From Bacteroides sp. (lineage in GTDB: Bacteria; Bacteroidota; Bacteroidia; Bacteroidales; Muribaculaceae): DNA of 64,000 nt. Location: assembly GCA_014802535.1 (NCBI GenBank), contig JAAVCC010000011.1, positions 95,315 to 159,314 of the forward strand, written 5' to 3'. The translations under genes were made by a program, and so were the position numbers. Shown here piece after piece: positions 17,237-27,865 of this stretch (its first letter is position 1; the number at the start of each line of letters is the position of its first letter). The notes under the pieces are model-generated. The model searched no databases and was not told the DNA's origin. It saw nothing but the letters and a program-made list of their open reading frames with translations.

Positions 17237-18646
17237 ATGAATAATATTATTACAATCAGACAATTTGTCACAATTCTTCAGCAAAAAGGTTTTATGGAGG
17301 AACAACCCGAAGGTTGTGAATCGGTTGTCCTGTCATTTTTCCATACAATTGCCGAGGCATTAAGGACTGAAGATATTGTTACAATAGATGGATTGGGTGA
17401 TTTTACGATTGTAAATCGCGAAAGCGGGTTAATCGTATTTATGCCCGACCAGGCATTGGCAGAAACTGTTAACGAACCGTTCGCTTTCTTTGAACCTACT
17501 GAAATTTCGGATGACATTTCCAAAGAAATGCTCGACATACCTACTCCGGGAATTAAGAACGACCATGAGAAAGAAAAAGAAGAAGTTAAGGAGAAGGAGG
17601 AACAAGAAGAAGATTCTAAAAAACCGACCGGACCGGTAAAAGTAGATCCGCAAGATAGAAATGCATATGTTATTTCAGTGCCCAAAACTGAAAATACATA
17701 TCATGAACAAACTTCGGTGTCTCAACCGGGAGCGTTTGAAGAAACTCCCGATCCCAAGACTCTTGAACGCGAAGAAGAACTTAAACGCGAGCAAGAATTG
17801 AGACGCGAACTTGAGCGCGAGCTTGACATCAGACGAGAAATCGAGCTTAAACAGCAACAAGAGCGAAGGAAAGCTCAAGAAGATGCTGACAAAGCAAAGT
17901 TTGAGTTAGAACCGATGCAGGAACCTGAAGAGCTCCAGTCTGAGTCTATTCAGGAATCTTTTATCGACGAAAATACTGAAGCAGGTGACAAACCCGACGA
18001 TGTCGTAGATGTTACAGAAACTGAAGAAGAATCTACCGAAGTTTCTGAAAACGAAGAACCCGTGACAATGAAACCGGAAGTAAATTACGGACATTCAACC
18101 ATAACATTAGTAGCCATTTCTATTTTAGCACTTGCAATAGGTTTTGTCGCAGGCTTATTCTCGGCTGAACACCTTTTTGGGGATGACGACGATGATGATA
18201 TAGGTTATCAATCGAATGTCGCCGAACAAATTGAACTTCTTCGCAATGAACTATTCTCTCCCGAAGAAACTCAAAAACTTGACTCTGCGATAAATAAATC
18301 AATCGAAGAACAAGCATCTAACGATTCAACCATCAACCGGCCGACAGAAGTGGAAACAAGCACAGCTCCAGCCATATTCAATGATGAAACTACGGTTCTC
18401 ACAGACACAGTGAAAGAAAATTATTATCTGACACACATGTCACGTCAATATTATGGCGGCGCAATGGAATTTTGGGTATATATCTACCTTGAAAACCAAG
18501 ATCATCTTGGTCGTCCTGACAAAATCCATCCCAACACCGTAGTTGTTATTCCTCCGGCTGATAAATACGGAATTGATCCTCAAAGTAAAAAAAGTATAGA
18601 TCTTGCTAAACAAATTGCCTCAGAAATTAATTCTAAATATAAATGA
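17237..18646 (+). CDS. Membrane protein with an HU-like N-terminal domain, an acidic coiled-coil linker, one TM helix and a C-terminal globular domain
   Basis: N-terminus FVTILQQKG...TIDGLGDFT (HU-like), an E/K/R-rich segment, the TM helix TITLVAISILALAIGFVAGLF and a DDDDDD run. The C-terminal domain is not confidently identified. Confidence 0.5.
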   Translation: MNNIITIRQFVTILQQKGFMEEQPEGCESVVLSFFHTIAEALRTEDIVTIDGLGDFTIVNRESGLIVFMPDQALAETVNEPFAFFEPTEISDDISKEMLDIPTPGIKNDHEKEKEEVKEKEEQEEDSKKPTGPVKVDPQDRNAYVISVPKTENTYHEQTSVSQPGAFEETPDPKTLEREEELKREQELRRELERELDIRREIELKQQQERRKAQEDADKAKFELEPMQEPEELQSESIQESFIDENTEAGDKPDDVVDVTETEEESTEVSENEEPVTMKPEVNYGHSTITLVAISILALAIGFVAGLFSAEHLFGDDDDDDIGYQSNVAEQIELLRNELFSPEETQKLDSAINKSIEEQASNDSTINRPTEVETSTAPAIFNDETTVLTDTVKENYYLTHMSRQYYGGAMEFWVYIYLENQDHLGRPDKIHPNTVVVIPPADKYGIDPQSKKSIDLAKQIASEINSKYK

Positions 18647-18735
18647 TACAGTGTCACTTCGCCATGGTTTAAATTGATAAACTATTAATAGTTAAATTTA
18701 ACATTTTTGAGTGGTGAATTTGGCATAACTTTAGT

Positions 18736-18743
18736 TAACTTTG
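18736..18743 (+). promoter_or_regulatory. -7 box TAacTTTG upstream of the MoxR/Bat operon
   Basis: Perfect match 72 nt before the ATG at 18815. Confidence 0.45.
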
Positions 18744-18814
18744 CGTAACCAAAATATCTGCAACCACAGAACAATAAACATAGAATATAAAAACAAGAAA
18801 TACAATTATAAAAC

Positions 18815-19810
18815 ATGAGTGAATCAGTAAATATTAGAGAGCTTAACGATATTGTGGCATCTAAAAGCAATTTTGTTAACATCATTACACAAGGAATGGA
18901 CCAAACAATAGTTGGTCAAAAACACCTTGTAGAATCTCTTTTAATTGCTCTACTTTCAAACGGGCACGTTCTTCTCGAAGGTGTTCCGGGTTTGGCTAAA
19001 ACACTTGCAATCAAAACACTCGCTCAGTTAATTGATGCAAAATACAGCCGTATTCAGTTTACCCCTGACCTTCTTCCTGCCGATGTCATCGGTACAATGA
19101 TATATAGCGTACAGAAAGAACAGTTTATGGTTAAACGCGGTCCTGTATTTGCCAACTTCGTTCTTGCCGATGAAATCAACCGTGCTCCTGCAAAAGTTCA
19201 AAGTGCGCTACTTGAGGCAATGCAGGAACGTCAGGTAACAATTGGCGACCGTACATTCCCACTTGAAGAACCGTTCCTTGTAATGGCAACTCAAAACCCG
19301 ATTGAACAGGAAGGGACCTATCCCCTCCCCGAAGCTCAGGTTGACCGTTTCCTTCTTAAAGTTGTCATCGGCTATCCAAGCAAAGATGAAGAAAAGATAA
19401 TTATTCGTCAGAATACTTCAAACAAGAGCAAACAAATTACTCCGCTTTTACGTCCTGAAGAAATTATCGAAGCACAAAAAGTTGTTGAGAAAATATATCT
19501 TGACGAAAAAATCGAACGTTATATAGTTGATATTGTGTTTGCAACACGTTTCCCCTCGGAATATGGCTTGAATGACCTCTCAACTATAATTGCCTTTGGA
19601 GCTTCACCTCGTGCTTCAATCTCATTGGCAAAAACAGCAAGAGCATACGCATTCCTACATCAGCGCGGATATGTTGTTCCGGAAGATGTACGTGCCGTTT
19701 GTCATGATGTACTTCGTCATCGTATCGGACTAACATACGAAGCTGAAGCAAACAATATTACAGCCGATCAGATTATTTCAGAGATTCTTGACAAAGTTGA
19801 AGTTCCCTGA
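18815..19810 (+). CDS. MoxR-family AAA+ ATPase
   Basis: Walker A GVPGLAKT, Walker B LADEINRA, QNPIEQEGTYPLPEAQVDRF. It is the first gene of the aerotolerance (Bat) cluster. Confidence 0.9.
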   Translation: MSESVNIRELNDIVASKSNFVNIITQGMDQTIVGQKHLVESLLIALLSNGHVLLEGVPGLAKTLAIKTLAQLIDAKYSRIQFTPDLLPADVIGTMIYSVQKEQFMVKRGPVFANFVLADEINRAPAKVQSALLEAMQERQVTIGDRTFPLEEPFLVMATQNPIEQEGTYPLPEAQVDRFLLKVVIGYPSKDEEKIIIRQNTSNKSKQITPLLRPEEIIEAQKVVEKIYLDEKIERYIVDIVFATRFPSEYGLNDLSTIIAFGASPRASISLAKTARAYAFLHQRGYVVPEDVRAVCHDVLRHRIGLTYEAEANNITADQIISEILDKVEVP

Positions 19811-19957
19811 TAGACGACCGCATCTTAAATGATATAAAATTCAGTCGGGAACACTTTGATTTGTTAATAATCAGATAGTTTCCGACTGTATGATATTATT
19901 TAACGACACCATTTTAAACACAAACAACAAAAAAATTCCCAACATTCAACAATAATA

Positions 19958-20833
19958 ATGGACGCTAACGAACTTCTGAAAAAAGTCAGAAAAATCGAAA
20001 TAAAAACTCGCGGACTCTCTCAAAATATTTTTGCGGGAGAATATCACTCGGCTTTCAAAGGTCGAGGCATGATGTTTTCAGAGGTACGCGAATATCAGTA
20101 TGGCGATGATATCCGAGATATTGATTGGAATGTTACAGCCCGACATAATCATCTTTATGTGAAGGTCTATGAAGAGGAACGCGAGATGACCGTCATGCTA
20201 TTGGTCGATGTTTCATCAAGCCGTTTGTTTGGAGCGATTGGTCAGGAAAAGAAAGATATGATTGCCGAGGTTGCAGCTACAATCTCATTCTCGGCAATAC
20301 AAAACAATGATAAAATTGGTGTAATATTCTTTTCTGATAAAATTGAAAAATTTATTCCACCTAAAAAAGGACGTAAACATATTCTCTTTATAATCAGAGA
20401 ACTACTTGATTTTACGCCTGAAAGTAAAGGTACAGATATTAGTCAAGTATTACAGTTTTTTACTGACGCCCTCAAAAAAAGATGTACCACATTTATTATA
20501 TCAGACTTCATCGCCCCCGACAACTATCAGAAGGCACTTACTATAGCGGCTAACAAACATGACGTCACAGCTATTCAAATATATGACAAACGTGATGCTC
20601 AACTTCCCGATGTAGGCTTTATGAGAGTTCAAGATTTAGAAACCGGGATTGACCGATGGATTGATACTTCGTCAAATAAGACGCGCCAAACCTACAATAA
20701 ATGGTGGTATGAAAGACAGCAGAATATGATTTCAACATTAAACCGATGTCGTGTTGATCATACATCTATTGCTACAGATGAAGACTATGTCAAATCATTG
20801 ATGGCTCTATTTAAGAGTCGAGGTGTTAAATAA
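19958..20833 (+). CDS. DUF58 domain protein (vWA-like, MoxR partner)
   Basis: The REYQYGDDIRDIDWNVTAR signature, and its position after MoxR. Confidence 0.85.
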   Translation: MDANELLKKVRKIEIKTRGLSQNIFAGEYHSAFKGRGMMFSEVREYQYGDDIRDIDWNVTARHNHLYVKVYEEEREMTVMLLVDVSSSRLFGAIGQEKKDMIAEVAATISFSAIQNNDKIGVIFFSDKIEKFIPPKKGRKHILFIIRELLDFTPESKGTDISQVLQFFTDALKKRCTTFIISDFIAPDNYQKALTIAANKHDVTAIQIYDKRDAQLPDVGFMRVQDLETGIDRWIDTSSNKTRQTYNKWWYERQQNMISTLNRCRVDHTSIATDEDYVKSLMALFKSRGVK

Positions 20834-20848
20834 CAAGCTCCGATTAAA

Positions 20849-21847
20849 ATGAATAAGATAATAAAAAAAATACTTTCGGCTCTTTTAATTGTTTCGGCAA
20901 CTCATTCGGTGGGCTTTGCTCAACAAGTGACAGCAATTCTTGATTCAATTACGCTCGAAATGGGGCGTACAACAGCTATACACCTTGAAGAAATTGTTCC
21001 TGCCGGAACATCATTAATCCTTCGAGCCCAACCTGAAACCAACCTAATTTCCGGAATAGAAATTGTCGATATCACTGACCCTGACACTACTGATATAGGT
21101 AATAATCTTCTACAAATCAACCGAGATATTATTATACAATCGTTTGATTCAGGAGATTATATTATACCGCCAATTGTCTATTTACGTGGCACTGACTCAA
21201 TTAAAACCGACGAACTTGCAATAAGGGTTCTTCCGGTCGATGTATCACACATGGAAACCATAAATCCTGATGCCGATATTGAAAAAGGTGATTCGCGCTG
21301 GTGGGATTTCCTTCCGGCTTTCATTGTTGATTACTGGGAATGGATTCTACTTGTAATTGTACTCGCATTGGCAGCCGTTTATGTTTGGATTAAATTCCGT
21401 AAACACGAAATCACGAATCCGTTCCGTGCGCCCGAACCCAAATTGTCGCCCTATGAAGTTGCGGTCAGAGATCTTTCAAATCTGCAATCTCGCAATTTGT
21501 GTGCCAATGGAATGGAAAAAGAATATTATACTCAGCTGACAGATATTCTTCGTATCTACTTACAAGACCGTTTTGGAATCAACGCAATGGAGATGACATC
21601 GTCTCAAATTGTACGCACCATCGAAGGTCGTGAAGAAGTGAAGATGTCGGCTCGACTCATGCGTCAAATACTTGAAATCGCCGACTTTGTAAAATTTGCA
21701 AAGGTGCGACCTCTACCCGAAGATAATATCAAATCATTTAATTCGGCAATGCAGTTTGTTGAAGATACAAAACCGGCACCCGAACCTGAGAAAAATGAGA
21801 ATGACAAATCTTCTATAAACCTAACTGATAATAACAAAAAAGATTGA
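20849..21847 (+). CDS. Bat-operon membrane protein (signal peptide plus a central TM helix)
   Basis: 332-aa ORF with TM helix WEWILLVIVLALAAVYVWI. It occupies the conserved slot between DUF58 and BatA. Confidence 0.55.
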   Translation: MNKIIKKILSALLIVSATHSVGFAQQVTAILDSITLEMGRTTAIHLEEIVPAGTSLILRAQPETNLISGIEIVDITDPDTTDIGNNLLQINRDIIIQSFDSGDYIIPPIVYLRGTDSIKTDELAIRVLPVDVSHMETINPDADIEKGDSRWWDFLPAFIVDYWEWILLVIVLALAAVYVWIKFRKHEITNPFRAPEPKLSPYEVAVRDLSNLQSRNLCANGMEKEYYTQLTDILRIYLQDRFGINAMEMTSSQIVRTIEGREEVKMSARLMRQILEIADFVKFAKVRPLPEDNIKSFNSAMQFVEDTKPAPEPEKNENDKSSINLTDNNKKD

Positions 21848-22836
21848 TAATGCAACTTGCACATCCCGGATATTTATGGCTATTTCTTCTGTTCATACCA
21901 CTTATCGCATGGTATGTGCTGAAGCATCGTAATGCCCATCCCGCTCTTGAAGTATCAACTGTAAATCCGTTTGCAAAACTTCATCGGTCTTATAAGGAAT
22001 ATTTATTACATTTCCTATTTATATTAAGACTTGTTACAATAGCTTGTATTATTATAATTCTTGCCCGTCCTCAAACTCGTGATTCATGGCGAACTACCAA
22101 TACTGAAGGTATCGACATCGTACTCGCTCTTGACGTTTCGCCAAGTATGCTTGCTCGCGATTTCAAGCCCGACCGTCTTGAAGCAGCCAAAGAAGTTGCC
22201 GCAAACTTTGTAAATTCAAGAGAAAACGACAATGTAGGACTTGTATTGTTTGCCAATGAAAGCTTTACAGGTGTGCCAATGACAATGGATAGAGCCGTAC
22301 TCACCAATTACATACAAGGTATTGAAATGGGTATGCTTGGAAATGCGACAGCCATTGGTGACGGTATAGTAACTTCGGTTAACCGTATAAAAGATGGTCA
22401 GGCAAAATCTAAAACAATCATTTTGTTGACCGACGGTTCAAATAATGCAGGTAATGTAGCACCCTTAACAGCTGCCGAAATTGCCCGAAAATATGGAATT
22501 AAAATCTATACAATCGGAATCGGAACAAATGGAACAGCTCTTTACCCCCAGCAAGACTATTTCGGAAAAATTGAGTATGTTCCACAAGAAGTTGTAATTG
22601 ATGAAGAAACACTTAAAGAAATTGCATCTACGACCGGAGGCAAATATTTCAGAGCAACCGGTAACAATGTTCTTGAGGACGTATTTGAACAGATAGATCA
22701 ACTTGAGAAAACCGCAATGAATATCCGAAATTTCTCCCATACAGAAGATAATTACATGATATGGGCATGGATTGCATTTGGATGTCTTGTGCTACAACTG
22801 TTGATGCGCTATACAATTTTAAGAACAATCCCCTAA
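21844..22836 (+). CDS. batA: Aerotolerance protein BatA (vWA domain membrane protein)
   Basis: N-terminal TM helices and the MIDAS motif LDVSPSM. Operon context supports the call. Confidence 0.85.
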   Translation: MIMQLAHPGYLWLFLLFIPLIAWYVLKHRNAHPALEVSTVNPFAKLHRSYKEYLLHFLFILRLVTIACIIIILARPQTRDSWRTTNTEGIDIVLALDVSPSMLARDFKPDRLEAAKEVAANFVNSRENDNVGLVLFANESFTGVPMTMDRAVLTNYIQGIEMGMLGNATAIGDGIVTSVNRIKDGQAKSKTIILLTDGSNNAGNVAPLTAAEIARKYGIKIYTIGIGTNGTALYPQQDYFGKIEYVPQEVVIDEETLKEIASTTGGKYFRATGNNVLEDVFEQIDQLEKTAMNIRNFSHTEDNYMIWAWIAFGCLVLQLLMRYTILRTIP

Positions 22837-22860
22837 CTTGATATACATATATAATTAGAT

Positions 22861-23907
22861 ATGTTCAATTTCGCTTATCCAACTCTACTATATCTGCTAC
22901 TTTTGGCGCCGGCGCTTTACGGGCTTTTTTATCTTGCCCGACTGGCTCGTCGAAAAAAGTTGCGTATCTATGGCAACATCAACGTTCTAAAGCCGTTGAT
23001 GCCACATGCGTCTCCATATAAGCCATATATTAAAATTGCACTTGAACTGATTGCTCTTGTTGCACTTGTGTTTGCGTTAGCACGTCCTCGTGCCGGTGAA
23101 AAAGAAGCACAAGAGGATACACGCGGTATAGAGGTAATGATTGCATTTGACGTATCTCGTTCAATGCTTGCAAGTTCAAATGATGATCCGTCAGGAATTT
23201 CTCGACTTAATCGTGCCAAATATATCCTTGACCGCATTGTAGATAAACTCGATAATGACAAAGTCGGTTTAATTGTGTTTGCCGGAGAAGCATATACTCA
23301 ATTACCGATGACAACCGATTTTGTTTCGGCAAAAATGTATATCAACAGCCTTTCTACCGACATGATTCAGACTCAGGGAACGGCAATTGCTGATGCAATT
23401 TCTCTTGCCATGAGAGGATTTACCAATGATGAAACAATAGGTAAAGCAATTATTTTGATTACTGACGCTGAAGATCATGAAGGTAATGCAGTTGAAATGG
23501 CTAAAGAAGCTGCCAAACGTCATATTCAAATAGACGTAGTTGGAATCGGCTCGACAAATGGTAACCCAATCCCACTTGACAACCGTGGGACATATTTAAA
23601 AGATTACGAAGGGAATGTCGTTACAACAGCATTAAATGCTGATGCTGCAACCGAAATTGCTCATGCTGCTGACGGTATTTTCATCAATGGAGCATCAGGA
23701 TCGGCAATCAGCGATCTAACCGAGAGCCTTGATCGACTTGAAAAAGGAGATCTCAAACATGTTACTTACAAGGCATCAGCAGAGCAGTTTCCGGTGTTTG
23801 GCTGGATTGCCCTGATATTCCTTATTGTTGACATATTTATTCTTGATCGTGAAATTGGTTGGCTCACCAAGTTTAACTTTTTCACTAAAACCGAGGCAAA
23901 AAAATGA
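22861..23907 (+). CDS. batB: Aerotolerance protein BatB (vWA domain membrane protein)
   Basis: MIDAS motif FDVSRSM and a C-terminal TM helix. Operon context supports the call. Confidence 0.85.
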   Translation: MFNFAYPTLLYLLLLAPALYGLFYLARLARRKKLRIYGNINVLKPLMPHASPYKPYIKIALELIALVALVFALARPRAGEKEAQEDTRGIEVMIAFDVSRSMLASSNDDPSGISRLNRAKYILDRIVDKLDNDKVGLIVFAGEAYTQLPMTTDFVSAKMYINSLSTDMIQTQGTAIADAISLAMRGFTNDETIGKAIILITDAEDHEGNAVEMAKEAAKRHIQIDVVGIGSTNGNPIPLDNRGTYLKDYEGNVVTTALNADAATEIAHAADGIFINGASGSAISDLTESLDRLEKGDLKHVTYKASAEQFPVFGWIALIFLIVDIFILDREIGWLTKFNFFTKTEAKK

Positions 23908-24755
23908 ATACAATAATATATCGAAATATAGCTTTAGCCCTATTTATCGGTGCTTTTTATACTATATCAGCCCAGTCGCTCGATCTTTCGACTGACGAAG
24001 CAGATACCGATGCAACCGAAACAACGGAACAAGTAAAAGTTGGTTCGGAAAAACGTAGTGCTCAAATGAATGTGCGCAACTTGATAAAAGAAGGAAATAA
24101 ACTTTATCACGACAAACGCTATTCCGAAGCTGAAGTATGTTATAATAAAGCACTTGAAATCAATCCAAATTCGGCTGTTGCTCAATTTAATCTTGCATCA
24201 ACACTGATGCAAAACAATGGTAATTCTGACCCGACCGCCGAATCAAGTCCAATTAATCAAGCTGAACGAATTTTACAAAGTTTGGTTAAAACGGCCGGCG
24301 ATGAAGCCTCAATAGTCGAAAAATCGTTCTATAATATTGGAAACATTGCATTCAATCGTCAACAATATGCTGAAAGTATTGAATTGTATAAAAATGCTTT
24401 GCGTAAAAATCCTGACAATGACAAAGCTCGTGAAAATCTTCGTCTTGCTCAGCTGAAAATGCAAAATCAAGATCAAAATCAAAACCAAGATCAACAGCAG
24501 GATCAAGATCAACAAGAACAACAAGATCAGCAACAGCAACAGCAGAATCAAGACCAACAACAAGATAAAAATCAACAAAATCAAAATAAAAACCAGGAAC
24601 AACAGCAAAATCAGCAGCAGCAAATGAGTGATGCTAATGCCGAGCGAATTTTAAAGGCAATGGAAAACGCCGAAGCTGCTACGCGCCGTAAGGTTGAAGC
24701 TCAAAAAGCAAAAGAACAGCAGTCTAATTCACGTTATACAACCAAACCCTGGTAA
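23904..24755 (+). CDS. batC: Aerotolerance protein BatC (TPR protein with a Q/N/D-rich tail)
   Basis: TPR repeats (YNKALEINPNSAVAQFNLA, YKNALRKNPDNDKAREN) followed by a low-complexity glutamine-rich tract. Confidence 0.75.
   Translation: MNTIIYRNIALALFIGAFYTISAQSLDLSTDEADTDATETTEQVKVGSEKRSAQMNVRNLIKEGNKLYHDKRYSEAEVCYNKALEINPNSAVAQFNLASTLMQNNGNSDPTAESSPINQAERILQSLVKTAGDEASIVEKSFYNIGNIAFNRQQYAESIELYKNALRKNPDNDKARENLRLAQLKMQNQDQNQNQDQQQDQDQQEQQDQQQQQQNQDQQQDKNQQNQNKNQEQQQNQQQQMSDANAERILKAMENAEAATRRKVEAQKAKEQQSNSRYTTKPW
24463..24625 (+). repeat. Low-complexity CAA/CAG/GAT-rich tract encoding a Q/N/D run inside batC
   Basis: The translated tract is QNQDQNQNQDQQQDQDQQEQQDQQQQQQNQDQQQDKNQQNQNKNQEQQQNQQQQ. 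Confidence 0.9.
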
Positions 24756-24787
24756 TAAAACATATAGTCAGATAGAAATAAACTCTA

Positions 24788-26596
24788 ATGAAACGATTTA
24801 CTATAATATTTCTTTTTTCAGTACTTGCGTTGGCTGTCAAAATCAGTGCACAGGCCGAATTTTCGATGGTTCCACCGCGCACAACAATTGAAGGACGCAA
24901 TTTCTCTTTGACATATCGACTGAAAAACGCGAGCGAAACTGCATCACCGCAAGCCCCTGAAATTGAAGGTTGCCGACTTCTTTATGGTCCTGCCACCTCG
25001 ACCATGCAATCCTATCAAAATATAAATGGTCATGCTACATCAAGCGTGACTGTTGAATATACATTTACATATAAAGCTGAAAAAGCCGGAACATATACAA
25101 TCCCTGCAATTTCGGTTAATGTAGCCGGCAAGACATTGTCAAGTAAATCAGGAACAATCAAAATTTTACCACCCGATTCCAATTCGGGTTCGGGTCATGA
25201 TGACGTAACAATCGACAATGCGTCAACTCAATCAACCTCACGAGAGGTTTCTGATAAAGATGTTTTTATTCGCATTATACTCAATAAATCAAAAGCTTAC
25301 AAAGAAGAGGCTATTGAGTGTACAATGAAACTATATACCAAATATAGTTCTATCAATAATATTTCAGCAATAACACCACCGGTGTTTGACGGATTTCTTA
25401 TTGAAGATGATGACAATTTTGTTCAAACAAATGATACCGAACATTATAATGGTCAAAACTACTTAACAGCAATATTGAAAAAATATATCATATTCCCACA
25501 AAAGTCAGGTAAACTCACCATTAATTCAGGAGAATATGAAATAACAATCGTTCAATATGAGCGCGTTAATATGGGATTTTTTGCAACATCTCGCCCTGTT
25601 GAGAAAGTTGTGAGAGTTAAGCCAGGCAATCTGACTGTCAATATTTCGCCATTACCGGAACCAATTCCTGCCGGATTTTCAGGCGCTGTCGGCAATTACC
25701 AAATCTCATCATCTATCAGTTCAACCTCACTTCGTACAAACGAAGCAGCTACCCTTACGTTGAAAATTACAGGTTCAGGTGATATAAAATATATTCAGGA
25801 ACCTGAAATAAGCTTCCCTACCGAGTTTGAACAATATACACCTCGCACAGATATCAATACTCGTATATCAGGAAATACTGTATCAGGAACAAACTCGATC
25901 GAATATACTTTTGTACCTCAATCAACAGGTAATTTCACTATACCGGCAAAAGAATTTATATATTTCGACCCAAGCCGTGAAAAATATATAACCTTGTCAA
26001 CCGAACCTTATTCAATAAAAGTATCGAAAGGTGCCGGAACAGCAATTGCGTCATCCGACCAGCAAGATATTGCAGCTAAAGTTACTGATATTCTGCATAT
26101 CAAACCTAATGTTGACGATCAAAAGTCTGATATTACACCGGTTGTCTATACTTTATATTACTGGATATTATACATTATATTAATAATTATTCTCGTAAGT
26201 GCAGTAGTTATATATAGAGAACGAATTAAAAAGTCGGCTGATGTTACCGGTCGAAAGGTGGCACGTGCATCCAAAGTTGCACGTCAGCGACTTAAAGAAG
26301 CTCACTCTTATCTCGTTCGTCACGAGAACGAAAAAGTATATGAAGCACTTCTTAGAGCTGTATGGGGCTTCCTTAGTGATAAACTTTCGATTCCCGCATC
26401 TCAATTGTCTCGACAAAATATTTCAGAAAAACTTTCAGAAATAAAAACACCTGCATCACTTATCGAGCGTATCATTGGAGTTATAGACAATTGCGAGATG
26501 GCTCGATTTACCCCCGGCATGAATGATGCTTCAACCGAAAGTGCCTACAATGAGGTATCTGAAATTATGAAAGAAATGGATAACATTAAGAAATAA
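24788..26596 (+). CDS. batD: Aerotolerance protein BatD (oxygen-tolerance family)
   Basis: 602 aa with a signal peptide and a late TM helix (YWILYIILIIILVSAVVIY). Its position follows BatC. Confidence 0.8.
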   Translation: MKRFTIIFLFSVLALAVKISAQAEFSMVPPRTTIEGRNFSLTYRLKNASETASPQAPEIEGCRLLYGPATSTMQSYQNINGHATSSVTVEYTFTYKAEKAGTYTIPAISVNVAGKTLSSKSGTIKILPPDSNSGSGHDDVTIDNASTQSTSREVSDKDVFIRIILNKSKAYKEEAIECTMKLYTKYSSINNISAITPPVFDGFLIEDDDNFVQTNDTEHYNGQNYLTAILKKYIIFPQKSGKLTINSGEYEITIVQYERVNMGFFATSRPVEKVVRVKPGNLTVNISPLPEPIPAGFSGAVGNYQISSSISSTSLRTNEAATLTLKITGSGDIKYIQEPEISFPTEFEQYTPRTDINTRISGNTVSGTNSIEYTFVPQSTGNFTIPAKEFIYFDPSREKYITLSTEPYSIKVSKGAGTAIASSDQQDIAAKVTDILHIKPNVDDQKSDITPVVYTLYYWILYIILIIILVSAVVIYRERIKKSADVTGRKVARASKVARQRLKEAHSYLVRHENEKVYEALLRAVWGFLSDKLSIPASQLSRQNISEKLSEIKTPASLIERIIGVIDNCEMARFTPGMNDASTESAYNEVSEIMKEMDNIKK

Positions 26597-26605
26597 ACTA
26601 CTAAA

Positions 26606-27391
26606 ATGTTACATAAAATAATACTTTTAATATCGCTGTCGATGGTTTTTGTACCATATCTTTCGGCTTCAAACGATTTTATACAAGAAGCTGATAAAGC
26701 TTATATGGACGACGATTTTGAAAATGCTCTCGAACTATATCTTCAGGCAGCCCAAGAAGATGGTAATTCAAGCAACCTTTATTATAATATCGGGAATTGC
26801 TACTACCGACTTAATATGCCCGGGAAAGCAATATTGAATTATGAAAGAGCATTGAAACTTGATCCGTCAAATAAAGATGCAGCGACAAATTTATCTTTTG
26901 TTAATTCTCGAATTATAGATAAACCGGTAGATAATTTGTCATTATCTGAAAAAATCGGACAGCGTGTTGTCAAAACATTTTCTGCCGATACATGGGCTTG
27001 GCTGACTTTTTCTCTATTTGCTCTCTTTATATGTGCTGCTGCAGGATATATATTCTTGTCAGATGTAATGATTCGTAAAACTTGCTTTTTCAGCGGACTA
27101 TTCTTTATAATCTGTACAATAATCGGTGTTGTGATAACAATTTCATCAGCCGGCAGAATGACAAATCATAATGAGGCAATTATCATTTCAGAATCGGTAA
27201 ATCTCGGAACATCACCAAGAGTTCCCAAAGATAAAAGTGAAGAAGCATTTCTACTACATGAAGGAACTCGCCTTGAAATTGTCGATTCACTCACCACAAC
27301 TAATGGCGATGTCAGAACAAAATGGTATGAAGTGATGGTTGACCACGAACATAGAGCGTGGATTAATTCAAATGATGTTGAGAAGATTTAA
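26606..27391 (+). CDS. batE: Aerotolerance protein BatE (TPR + TM + C-terminal SH3-like domain)
   Basis: TPR repeats near the N-terminus, two TM helices, and a C-terminal WYEVMVDHEHRAWINSNDV segment that is SH3-like. Confidence 0.7.
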   Translation: MLHKIILLISLSMVFVPYLSASNDFIQEADKAYMDDDFENALELYLQAAQEDGNSSNLYYNIGNCYYRLNMPGKAILNYERALKLDPSNKDAATNLSFVNSRIIDKPVDNLSLSEKIGQRVVKTFSADTWAWLTFSLFALFICAAAGYIFLSDVMIRKTCFFSGLFFIICTIIGVVITISSAGRMTNHNEAIIISESVNLGTSPRVPKDKSEEAFLLHEGTRLEIVDSLTTTNGDVRTKWYEVMVDHEHRAWINSNDVEKI

Positions 27392-27564
27392 TGATAGATT
27401 TATGTATATCAACGTGTTATAGTTTAAAATCATAAGCAAAATTAAAAACATGTTTTAAAACATATAATTTTTTCAACAAAAAATTTGCTCATTTTATTTA
27501 ATTACTCTAACTTTAACACGTAAATAAAAATCATCGTATTTCCAACTCTAAAATATTAAATATC

Positions 27565-27822
27565 ATGAGCAAAACAATTTCATTCAACGAACTTCGTCGC
27601 CTAAAAGACAGCTTGCCTGATGGCGCAGTTAGACAGATTGCCGATCGTCTCAATACTACAGTTCAGACTGTGCGTAACTACTTCGGCGGATCTAACTATG
27701 AATTTGGTAAAAACGTTGGAGTTCATATTGAACCCGGTCCTGATGGAGGTATTGTTGTGCTTGACGATACTACCATTTATGATATGGCAATAGAAATCCT
27801 CAAAGAAAATCAAGAAAAATAA
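27565..27822 (+). CDS. Small putative DNA-binding protein (85 aa)
   Basis: HTH-like segment VRQIADRLNTTVQTVRNYF. No further support. Confidence 0.4.
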   Translation: MSKTISFNELRRLKDSLPDGAVRQIADRLNTTVQTVRNYFGGSNYEFGKNVGVHIEPGPDGGIVVLDDTTIYDMAIEILKENQEK

Positions 27823-27865
27823 CTAACCTTATTGAATCCACTCTTAATTTCCTTTAACTCATCCC

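Noticed and set aside
19811-19957. Imperfect long-loop hairpin (agtcgggaac ... gtttccgact) between moxR and the DUF58 gene, considered as an attenuator or terminator
   Set aside because: The stem is imperfect, the loop is about 25 nt, and no U-run follows. The flanking genes belong to a conserved operon, so I do not call a regulatory element.
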